Assembly (NCBI GenBank): GCA_964016885.1
Contig: OZ024742.1
Location: 263,872,001-263,936,000, forward strand
Reading direction: 5' to 3'
From: Eledone cirrhosa
Lineage: Eukaryota
DNA length: 64,000 bases
Every line of letters starts with the position of its first letter. Within the stretch, counting starts at the first letter, position 1. Made by a program: the position numbers and the translations under genes. A model generated the notes under the pieces. It worked only from the letters and a program-made list of their open reading frames with translations. It was not told the origin of the DNA and made no database searches. Of this stretch, positions 51,622 to 64,000 are shown one piece after another.

Positions 51622-52702
51622 CAGACATCTGTTCAGTCGTCAACCAAAATTAGATAATCGTCTGCTTTGTTTTGAAATTTCTTTATGTATATTTCTAATA
51701 AGTTGTTGCCTCATTTTGGAGGACTGAGTTGTGGGAGGAGGAAGGGGAGTAGTGGGAGGGAGGGTTTAACATACAGTAGTAGCATGTCCTCTTCCCCCTC
51801 CCTCACTGAAACGTCTTCTCTTTCCTCCTCCATTCTAAAGATGCCCCCAGGGGTTCCATTATTGATTTTTATTGAAATCTAATTAGCCAGTCCTGTTTCT
51901 GAATATAATCGGATCACTGGTGTAGGCGGCAACTGGTTATACACAGACAGACATAAATTGCCATTTATATAGTAGATGTATGAATCACTGCTTCCCTACG
52001 GACAACTGACGCTGCACACCAGATCCGGACACGGAAGAGCCGAACTCTGTCATAGTCTCCATCTCATCCGCCCATATTATGAGCAAGTGGGGTCCCACGC
52101 GCTGGTCGCCCCACGTCCATCCAAACAATTTATAAGACTGATTCCATTTGTCATTTAACGTCCTCCTAATACTACCATATAGTTCCTACCCTTACCCACT
52201 TTTAACTATATTAATTTATCTACAACTATCTTACACTTTCCTCCCTCTTCCACCACTTACCCCTAATCTTCACCATCTTAAATTCTTCATTGCTCTTTCT
52301 CCTTCCCCATTCCTCTACTAATTTCTTTCTATCTAAAATACTATCCTCTCTTTTCTTTCATATATTTCTTTCTCTCTATCTTTTACTTTTTCCTTATCAT
52401 ATTTATCTTCTTTTCTTCTTTTTCATTCTTGTTTTCTTTTTTTTTTACTTTTCCCTTTTCTTTTTCATTCTTTTTCTTTTTTATGATCCCTTTATTCTTG
52501 CGTGCATTCTATATATCCCTATAGGCGAAAAGGTTTTATTCCACTTTGAAAATTCGTTGTGACTGCATATGCTTATTTAAGTAGTTGGATTCGATTTAAT
52601 CAAATATTAGTGATCCAAGACTGATATGTAATACATACGATGAAACACGTATAAGTGTCATGCAATAAAAGTTTTTCCCCACTCTTCTAGATTGTAATGT
52701 TT

Positions 52703-53387
52703 TAAATATGTGTGTGTGTGTATGCTTGTGTACAAATAAATAAATAATAATTAATTAATTATTTATTTATTTGTACACAAGCATACACACACACACATAT
52801 TTATATGTGCGTGGTTTTGTATACCTATGGTAAGGTTTTGCGTATGCTTGTGTATGTACGTATCTGTTTGCGTGTATGTATTTATTTGTTTCTATTACTT
52901 CTGTATTGTATTTATTTACTTTGTCCTTAACTCTGTAGCGGAGATTCATTTGGTCTCCTAGTTAGAATTTTAGTCTACGACTTCTGCTATACCATTTACG
53001 TGGTTTTGTCTTTGCGTGCTTTTGTTCTCCACGCTCCACATATGACTTATTATCTTTGTTTTTTCGTTCATTGCCAGAGAACGTCTCTATGCACCACCTA
53101 AGAGAACATTAGTCTACGACCTCTTTTATACCATAAACGTGGTTTTGTCTTTGCGCGTAATTGTTTTTCACCGCTCCTATTAATGACGTATTATTCGTTT
53201 TTTCCCGTTCTTTGCCAGCGAACGTTACCACGAACCAAAGTATCGTCTTCCTGTCTTCCTCCGGTTGCAACGTTTTTTGAAATATCCAGTTCTGCGTTTA
53301 CAGATTGACTTTGTTAGTTTCAGAAGATCCCGTTAAGGGTGAAAGCAGCGATTCTTTTCTTAAACTTTAATTTAATCTGTTATTTTA

Positions 53388-53392
<5 letters not shown>
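52703..53392 (+). mobile_element. H9-family copy with a ~100-bp palindrome at its left end (52703-52803)
   Basis: 53180-53392 matches 34460-34666 and ends in (TA)n. Confidence 0.7.
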
Positions 53393-53477
<85 letters not shown>

Positions 53478-53644
53478 AAATAGTACAAAGGAAAAAGAGT
53501 TTTTCAGTAGAAAATGTTGAAGAGATTTTTCAGTGAAATTTCAAATCATTAATTTATTTACAATACCGGTTTCAGCATTATATGCATTGTCAATTGCGGA
53601 TATGCAGAATATTGTTAAGTTGCATGTTTGTACAAATAGTGATA

Positions 53645-54050
53645 ATAATAATAATTGTTTCTACTTTTGGCACAAGGCCAGCAATTATCCCAGTGTATTA
53701 CTGGTGCTTTATTTTATAGACCCCGTAAGGATGAAAGGCAAAGTTAACCTCGGCGGGATTTGAACTTAGACCATAAAGGGCCGCAACTCTTTGCTACAAA
53801 GCATGGCGTCAGACCCTCTACCGATACTGACAATCGACTGCCCTATTGTGATAATAATAATTGTTTCTACTTTTGGCACAAGGCCAGCAATTACCCAGTA
53901 CATTACTGGTACTTTATTTTATCGACCCCGTAAGGATGAAAGGCAAAGTTAACCTCGGCGGGATTTGAACTCAGACCTTAAAGGGACGTAACTATGCTAG
54001 AAAGCATGGCGTTCAACCCTCTACCGATACTGCCAATTCACCGCCAATTC
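53645..54050 (-). mobile_element. Two tandem tRNA-derived SINE copies
   Basis: Two reverse-complement copies (53645-53850 and 53850-54050) of the family at 1770. Confidence 0.82.
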
Positions 54051-54815
54051 TAATAATAATAAAAATAAAAAGGGGAAGAAAAATTAATTTTCACATACAT
54101 GTTCATTCAGAGAAGAGAGTTAATTAATCTGTCCATCCTTCTCTGCTAATAGCTTGGTTGTGATTGGAGGGGGTAGAAGCAGAAGGGCAAAATAACAAGG
54201 TCAATGTTGATGATTTCTTAGAAAAAATACCAAGATAGATGTTTTTAGAAACAATCACCCCCCCCCCCCCCCACACACACACACTGAAATTTATGCCAGG
54301 GATGGAATTAGTATCTCAATAACTCTTAATCTTCTTTGTGGCAAAAAACAAGGTCAATGTTGATGATTTCTTCTAAGAAAAAATGCCAAGATAGATGTTT
54401 TAAGAAGCAATCACCCCCCCCCCCCCGCCCGACGATCAACTCTAAGATCACCCGGCCTTTCAAACCAATCCCAGCCACACCCTGTATCCACTATTCAAAG
54501 GCGCTCTCACAGCAGTCAGCTGCCACAACAACCATCCCCTGCCTCCTCTCCTCCTCCTCCTCTTTCTCCTTCTCCACCCTCATCCTGCTTCTACCCTCTC
54601 CAGTCACAACCAGGCTATTAGCAGAGAAGGATGGACAGAGATTAGCAGAATCGTTGGAGCGTCGAATAAAATACTTTGCGGCATTTGTGCTGGTTCTTTA
54701 CGTTCTGAGTCAAATCCCACCGAGGTCAGTATTGCCACTTCTCTTAAATATAGGTGCTCACAAGTATAGGCTATATATATATATATATATAAAGAGATAG
54801 ATAGATAGATAGAGA

Positions 54816-54857
<42 letters not shown>

Positions 54858-55379
54858 GAGAAAGAGAGCTATGAAAAGGTAGACAGCGTGGTTAAAGCAC
54901 ATATCTTTCTTTATTAAAAAAACGTAGCAGAAATCACTGGTATCACCATTCACCACATACTCATCAGAGATCAGTTACTTATTTCTGGTGATAGAGGTTA
55001 CAGAACCATATAGCTACTTATATAATCCCCGCTATTGGGCAAAACTAAATTGGTTTGTCTAATTTGCATAACAGTGCAAGAATGACGACGTTGGAGTAAG
55101 TAGAAATGTAAAGTAAAATGACGTGTTTTTAGTAAAACTATCTTTAGTCCTCTCACCACGTCCCCGCCCACACCTATCACACCCCTTTACTCTCACTCCC
55201 CCATTTTATCCGTCTGTTGTAAGATAATGTACGCCTTTCGGCGAACATAGTCAAATCCCACCCAACCATTCTCTACCTTTTTCCCAACCCAATCGACCCC
55301 AAATACAGCACGCCCGTAACTTACATCACTTCTTGGTTCACAGTTCCTCTTCCTCTCCCCACCACCACCTCACCATTTG

Positions 55380-55750
55380 GATCCCACTCTGGCTCCCGGT
55401 CTCATGGCCACACCTGTCTCCTCATCACCAACACCACCGACCGCATTGGATCAAATAGCCGCACCTTCTACATTTCCGATTCCTTTCTGCTGCACCTCCA
55501 GTTACTTGATCCACTGCCTTAAATGCTCGTTGTGCAATGCTCTCTACATCGGCCAGACTAATCATTTCATCAAACTCTTCCGCCACATTCTTCTTGAAAA
55601 CGATTCGCTGCGTTTCTGGTGTTTTCGCTCTCCAGATCATTCTAGCATTAATTTGATCGTATATGTATTAACACTGCACCACAGCGCACTCCAATCAAGA
55701 CAAAGCCCTTCATAACCACTAATTATCCACTAATTATCATGCTCAGGCAC
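55380..55750 (+). pseudogene. Highly degenerate PLE GIY-YIG fragment
   Basis: FCCTSSYLIHCLKCSLCNALYIGQT resembles the F.C.S.NVIY.I.C..C...YIGET pattern. Confidence 0.6.
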
Positions 55751-56334
55751 TTACATGTTAATTCCATGAGTAAGCTGTTATGCTGATCAAATAACTGGAA
55801 CATTCACGCCGGAACCGACGGAGGTCCATTCCGTTCTATTTATTACAGCGAGTACGTTGCATTGGTAATCGAATGATATATATTTATATATATACATAGG
55901 TTCATATGTATGTGTGTGTGGTGTGCTTGTTTCTGCGAATGGTGTTTCGGCAACTCGCCACAAAAACCCGACAACTTTCCTCCCCAACTATCTTTCATGT
56001 GCAACTCACAAGCTCAAGTAAAAAAAAAAAAATGTCATCTGAATGTCCTCGATATTTTACGTTTAAAAATAACTTGCTTTCATTTGCAGTGCAAAGGATG
56101 GGGGCAGTATTGCTTAGCTTTGGGCCAACCTAACCTTAAACCAGGCAGTGTTTCCCTTCTAGCTGTATATTCATTGACTAATTTGTATAAATTTAAAAAA
56201 AAAAAGCAAAACATAAAAAAAGAACAATTACCATCCTAATATGCTGTATAACATCTTGGCACCTTTCATTTTTATATAACTATGTATACCCCTACATATT
56301 TTACTCACCTATTTTTGTAACATAAAATAATAAT

Positions 56335-56540
56335 AAGTTCTGGCTTAGACAGAAAGCCGACAATTTTGGGGGAGAGGACAGTTGATTAAATCGACACCAG
56401 ATGTTACTGGTACTTTATTTTATCGACTCTGTAAGGATCAAAAGCAAAGCTAGCCTTGGCGGGATTTGAACTCAGAACGTAAACGGCCGTAACATATGCC
56501 GCAAAACATGGTGTCCGCTGTTTTATCGATACTGCCAATC
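56335..56540 (-). mobile_element. Diverged SINE copy
   Basis: tactggtactttattttatcgac...ggcgggatttgaactcagaac. Confidence 0.7.
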
Positions 56541-56919
56541 TTTCTTTGTTTTGCAATTGGGAATTAAATTGTATTTTCAGTGAGAGAAGAGAAACCCTCA
56601 GGGAAAACAGGATCTGTAAATTATAAAAGCTGCCTGTCCTCGAAATAGAAACTAAACGAGATAGAAACACCCAAAGTGGGTCTAAAATTAATGTAAATGA
56701 AGTAATACAGAAACAGAGTTAAACCATTGATTGCATTTAAAGAGATCAATTCGTTAGAGAGGAGATACAATCTTGAAAGGATAGTGAAAGTAATGATGAG
56801 ATAAAAGCTATTAGACCAACTTAAAACAGTAATGAGAAACATGCCAGGTTAAGAGCATTTAATAAAGAGAGGGTAAAACAAAAACTAAAGATAAAGAAAT
56901 GTTATAGGATTTGTGCATG

Positions 56920-57055
56920 CGGTTGATTTGCCAGAGTCATTAGAGCATTGGATATTTGACCTGGGTGTCTGCGTTTCGAGTTCAAATCCCGCTAAGGTTC
57001 ACGTTGTCTTTCGTTCTTTCAGGGTCGATAAAGAAAGTACCAGTTCAGTACTAGT
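56920..57055 (+). mobile_element. Diverged SINE fragment
   Basis: gagttcaaatcccgc...gggtcgataaagaaagtaccag. Confidence 0.6.
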
Positions 57056-57874
57056 GCATCCTCTCTCTCCTTCAAGCTGTTATATCCTGGATCAAGAGAG
57101 GGAGGGACAAGTGGGGTTCATATCTCTGCTCACAACTGCATGGGAATGGAAACCCTTAGTAAAAGCATAGTACATACTACCAAGTCATACTTGATTGCGA
57201 GCTACCTCTGTATTTTTTGATAGCATATCTACCAATTAATTCTCTCATTGCACTATTTCCAACATCACAAACACAACAACAACAACAGCATTAATGCAGC
57301 CAACACAATGATACGATGACATGATCATTTACAGGTGTGGTTGTCCATTGTAAGATGCGTCTTTCCACAGCTTGTTTCGTTGACTGAGTTGGGTCAAGCA
57401 AAGACCGAGACTAGTTGCCTGGCACCTGGAATGTTAGACACTCCTAGCTCTCCACCAATTGACCAATGCTATCAGTGTAAATGGCCTGTTAACATTCTAT
57501 AGAAGATTGGTAGTGAACAAGAAAGGCGACATTCTATGGGCAACTCTAGAATACAGGAATGAGGAGCACGTATATGGTGATAGGGTGATCTCTTATCTCT
57601 GGGATTCCTTAACTACCCATGGATCGGGCACCCCTTATTGGAGAATTCTGTTGTTATTAATTGTTACCCTTGTTTCCCATTTTTTCTGTTTACTACTTTT
57701 ATGCAAATTTCCATTACATTGTCTTTAATGTTTTCGGACCCAATGGCCAATAACGAAATCTTTACTATTAGTATTATTAGTATATTTTTTGTTATTTATT
57801 TTCAGATACAAAAGAAAGATCAAAGCACTTTCTTGGTAAACACATGAATGAAAAAATCCTATCTCCCCAACACA

Positions 57875-58001
<127 letters not shown>

Positions 58002-58312
58002 ACACACACACACATACACACACGTATGCATACATAGAAACACAGAAATATACATATACGTATACGTAGACAAACATAAATACACTCTTTCTATGTTAAT
58101 TTGGTCAGCAGAGTAGTAGCGTGTATTGAAGGTAAATGAGATAGTGCGTGTCGTTGTGTAAATAGAGGCGTGTGTATATATTTCATGGCATGACAACATT
58201 TAGTGTGTAGTGTGTTTAGAGTGCTATTTACGTGTGCATATTTACACATATACACACACACATGCACACACACACACATATATATATACATATATATATA
58301 TATATGTATATG

Positions 58313-58372
<60 letters not shown>

Positions 58373-58410
58373 GATATATGTATATATATATATGTATATA
58401 TATATATGTA

Positions 58411-58469
<59 letters not shown>

Positions 58470-58480
58470 AGATGTATATA

Positions 58481-58583
<103 letters not shown>

Positions 58584-58889
58584 TTGTCTGTGTGTATGAT
58601 GAGGTCAAGTCTTTTATTGTCCTTTCGTTCATGTTACACTGATTTGATGTTCCAAATAGATTTCATTGCGAGAGAATTTTGATTGAATGTCTGAACATCC
58701 TTCCTTCTTTCTTCCTTCCTTCCTTCTTTCTTTCTTTCTTTCTTTCGTTCTTTTCTCTCACCCCCCCCCCCTCTCACACACACACACACATCTTTGCTTT
58801 CTCCCTCACTCCATATATTGACTCGTTTCAAAATTTGACGAAGATAAACAAGATTGTTTGTCTTTATCTCAGTTTCTTGGTGTAATTGA

Positions 58890-59078
58890 CATTGCATTGG
58901 CAGTATTGGTAGAGAGTCGGACGCCATGCTTTGCAGCATAGTTACGTCCCTTTACGATCTGAGTTCAAATCCCACCGAGGTTAACTTTGCCTTTCATCCT
59001 TACGGGGTCGATAAAATAAAGTACCAGTATTATACTGGGTAATTGCTGGCCTTGTGCCAAAAGTAGAAACAATTATTA
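58890..59078 (+). mobile_element. tRNA-derived SINE
   Basis: Full copy of the GAGTTCAAATCC family. Confidence 0.8.
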
Positions 59079-59094
59079 ATATTTTCCTTGTTGG

Positions 59095-60470
59095 GGTTCT
59101 AGTTGTTGTTATAGCAGTTGATGCTGATATCCTTGTTGTTATTGCTGTTGGTGATATCCTTATTGTTATAGCTCTTGATGCTGATATCCTTGTTGTTATT
59201 GCTGTTGGTGCTGATATCCTTGTTGTTATAGCTGTTGATGATGATATCCTTGTTGTTATTGCTGTTGACGATATCCTTGTTGTTATAGCTATTGATGCTG
59301 ATATCCTTGTTGTTATAGCTGTTGATGCTGATATCCTTGTTGTTATTGTTGTTGATGATGATATCCTTGTTGTTATTTCTGTTGATGTTGATACACTTGT
59401 TGTTATTGCTGTTGACGATATCCTTGTTGTTTTAGCTGTTGATGATGATATCCTTGTTGTTATTGCTGTTGATGATATTCTTGTTGTTATTGCTGTTGAT
59501 GATGATATCCTTGTTGTTATTGCTGTTGATGATATCCTTGTTATAGCTGTTGATGATGATATCCTTGTTGTTATTGTTGTTGATGATGATATCCTTATTG
59601 GTTTTGTTGTTGATGATGATATCCTTCTTGTTATTGCTGTTGATGATATCCTTATTGTTATTGTTGTTGATGATATCCTTGTTGTTATTGTTGTTGATGC
59701 TGATATCCTTATTTGTTTTAGCTGTTGATGATGATATCCTTGTTGTTATTGCTGTTGATGATATCCTTGTTGTTATTGCTGTTGATGATGATATCCTTGT
59801 TGTTATTGCTGTTGATGATATCCTTGTTATAGCTGTTGATGATGATATCCTTGTTGTTATTGTTGTTGATGATGATATCCTTATTGGTTTTGTTGTTGAT
59901 GATGATATCCTTCTTGTTATTGCTGTTGATGATATCCTTATTGTTATTGTTGTTGATGATATCCTTGTTGTTATTGTTGTTGATGCTGATATCCTTATTG
60001 GTTTTGTTGTTGATGATGATATCCTTCTTGTTATTGCTGTTGATGATATCCTTATTGTTATTGCTGTTGATGATATCCTTGTTGTTATTGTTGTTGATGA
60101 TGATATCCTTATTGGTTTTGTTGTTGATGATGATATCCTTCTTGTTATTGCTGTTGATGATATCCTTATTGTTATTGCTGTTGATGATATCCTTGTTGTT
60201 ATAGCTGTTGATGATGATATCCTTGTTGTTATTGTTGTTGATGATGATATCCTTATTGGTTTTGTTGTTGATGATGATATCCTTCTTGTTATTGCTGTTG
60301 ATGATATCCTTATTGTTATTGCTGTTGATGATATCCTTGTTGTTATAGCTGTTGATGATGATATCCTTGTTGTTATTGCTGTTGATGATATCCTTGTTGT
60401 TATTGCTGTTGATGATATCCTTGTTGTTATAGCTGTTGATGATGATTTCCTTGTTGTTAGAGCTGTCTTT
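59095..60470. repeat. Minisatellite with ~24-30 bp units (gatgatatccttgttgttattgctgtt) and higher-order repeats
   Basis: Roughly 50 units; blocks containing cttattggttttg recur at a longer period. Confidence 0.9.
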
Positions 60471-60869
60471 ATTATTATCGTTATTCATGTATATTTTGCT
60501 GTGTAAATGCAGCTGTAATAGTATATAGTTGCTATTGTGATCGAGATGGTTATTGCTGTCATTGTTGTTGTAGCTGTCAGTGTTTCCTTGTGTGAAAGTA
60601 AGTAGTTGTTACAACATTATTAATTGAAATTGTTGTTGTGATGGTGATAATACATTCTTGTCAACATCAAAACTCCAAGGCAGTCAAGCCACAAATATTT
60701 TGTCACTTATAGTGCATGTGTGTCAAAGTTATCTAACGTATTTATTTTCAATATCAGACGGAAAAAGGGGCCACCGGCCACTAGGAAGAATCGAACTGTA
60801 TTGTCAAATGTGTCCTTCCTTTATAAAGAGTTTGGCGTTACGTGAGTGTACTTTGGCTGCTGATCGAGC

Positions 60870-62015
<1,146 letters not shown>

Positions 62016-62197
62016 TATTGTCATGTTGTCCTAAGCGAAGTGACCTATAATCAAAGACAACCTAACTGCGACCATCATATATTAAGCACAGTTACCCTCT
62101 CTCTCTCCCTCTCTATCTCATCCCCCCATATACTGCACCGTTTCTTTGTTATTTTGTTTGCCTTTTACACACATTTACACACACACACACACACACG

Positions 62198-62290
<93 letters not shown>

Positions 62291-62672
62291 ACACATATAT
62301 ATATTGATTTGTCGGACTTAAGCCCACAAGATTCATTGACTTGTCTCTCTTTTCCTCTCTTTCCTTAGCATTACTACCATGTTGTTTGTTACTTTCCTCT
62401 GTCCCGATAACTTAATTTAGTTATCGCTCGCACTGATTTTAGGTATCTAGTTTTTAATGCGAAGAAATACCAATGATAATCAGCAGACTACTGATGATGG
62501 ACATTCCTGTTTCTCGGTCTATTTTCATTCATATATATATTTGATATATCTCATATGAAATGATACACCCAATTTTCCACACAATACAACGTTTAGTTAG
62601 GAATATACTCAGGTATTTCCTAATGTTTGTTGAGTGAGTTGGAATTTGGCCGGAGTATCGCTATTAGCTTTC

Positions 62673-62748
<76 letters not shown>

Positions 62749-62753
<5 letters not shown>

Positions 62754-63131
62754 TTCAAAAGATGGTTAAAAGAGTTCCAAGTATTTTATTATGCGCATTT
62801 CATAAACAAATATCATCATGGGATGATATCTGCGTTCTCATCAGATAAAATAGGGAGACATATGAAGCTTAAAAACACTGATATGTTGATTTAAAACTTC
62901 ACTATTCACAAGTGTTTTTTAAGCTTCATATCATGTCTCCTTATTTTATCTGATGAGAACGCAGATGTCATCCCATGATATTTGTTTTTGAAATGCGCAT
63001 AATAAAATACTTGGGACTCTTTTAACCATCTTTTGATCTTATATTATTTATACTCCAGTCCTACAAACTGTAGAGTGCTTCTTATCCGATATTTGCATTG
63101 CTTTATTGTGCTACAATAAAACTCACCTCCT

Positions 63132-63133
<2 letters not shown>
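62749..63133. mobile_element. Fold-back element H13 with hammerheads at 62781-62852 (-) and 62942-63009 (+)
   Basis: tattttat-CTGATGA-gaacgcagatgtcatcccatgatatttgttttt-GAAA-tgcgca-TA-ataaaata; arms diverged; tail to 63133. Confidence 0.88.
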
Positions 63134-63166
<33 letters not shown>

Positions 63167-63170
<4 letters not shown>

Positions 63171-63588
63171 AGATCAAAAGATGGTTAAAGGAGTTCCATG
63201 TATTTTATTATGCGCATTTCAAAAACAAACATCATCATGCAATAATATTTGTGTTTTCATCAGATAAAACAGGAGGACATGATATGAAGGCTAAAAAACA
63301 CTTGTGGATAGTGCAGTTTTAAATCAACATATCATATGTTGATTTAAAACTGCACTATCCACAAGTGTTTTTTAGCCTTCATATCATGTCCTCCTGTTTT
63401 ATCTGATGAAAACACAAATATTATTGCATGATGATGTTTGTTTTTGAAATGCGCATAATAAAATACATGGAACTCCTTTAACCATCTTTTGATCTTATAT
63501 ATTATGTATACTCCAGTCCTACAAACTGTACAGTGCTTCTTATCCGATATCTGCATTGCTTTATTGTACTACAATAAAACTCACCTCC

Positions 63589-63592
<4 letters not shown>
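63167..63592. mobile_element. Fold-back element H14: perfect palindrome (centre 63333) with hammerheads at 63202-63270 (-) and 63396-63464 (+)
   Basis: About 166-bp arms with a 1-nt centre; same family and tail as H13; (TA)n flanks. Confidence 0.92.
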
Positions 63593-63669
<77 letters not shown>

Positions 63670-64000
63670 CAAGGGGATAACAAATCATTACACAAGTTTT
63701 AATATACCGAAATGGGCCTGTGGTTTTTCGATACGAATTCCAGATACGGGTCTTTTTTAGCGGTAGTTTGTGCGAGGTGAACTGAAGACGGCGGATTTAT
63801 AACCTAGCTCCACTATCAACAAGAAATGTAATGTGGTGTTAAAGGCAAATAACAACATCTAAATAACTGACAGTAATGAACAGCAGCTATCTGTACAAGG
63901 GAAAATCGGCAATATAATTACAGAGTGAGTAGGTTGAACAACTGGATATGGTGGAGAGCCGATCAACTTAACTCAATTGAAAAAAATAACATTTAATGAA

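Noticed and set aside
53560-53600. Additional hammerhead candidates (53560 minus, ~52540-52660, ~54960, ~55780)
   Set aside because: Core boxes are too degenerate or GAAA/stems are missing, so they cannot be supported by eye.
59095-60470. CRISPR-like array
   Set aside because: Tandem degenerate units without unique spacers, in eukaryotic DNA with no cas genes.

Overview
AT-rich, microsatellite-saturated eukaryotic DNA with no recognisable host gene. The SINE family and repeat style suggest a cephalopod such as Octopus (inference, not verified). The window is almost entirely retroelement-derived. It holds a near-intact Penelope-like element (PLE; 1210-aa RT + GIY-YIG ORF with a long poly-Asn insert) in partial-tandem form, two further PLE remnants, a frameshifted R4/Dong-type RLE LINE, several RTE-clade LINE copies (three with twin-priming-type inversions), Helitron-like fragments and about ten tRNA-like SINEs. 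The most striking signal is about a dozen mostly non-coding fold-back elements (long inverted repeats, some perfect palindromes) from several sequence-unrelated families. They sit in (TA)n tracts. Most carry a type I hammerhead ribozyme motif (C[T/C]GANGA...GAAA, palindromic stem III, NUH), intact or decayed, near the outer end of the arms, plus a one-sided 65-165 bp tail often containing GAGT[G/A]CT. This looks like a PLE-mobilised, ribozyme-bearing, TA-targeted hairpin retroelement system. All alignments and folds were done by eye, so boundaries are approximate.
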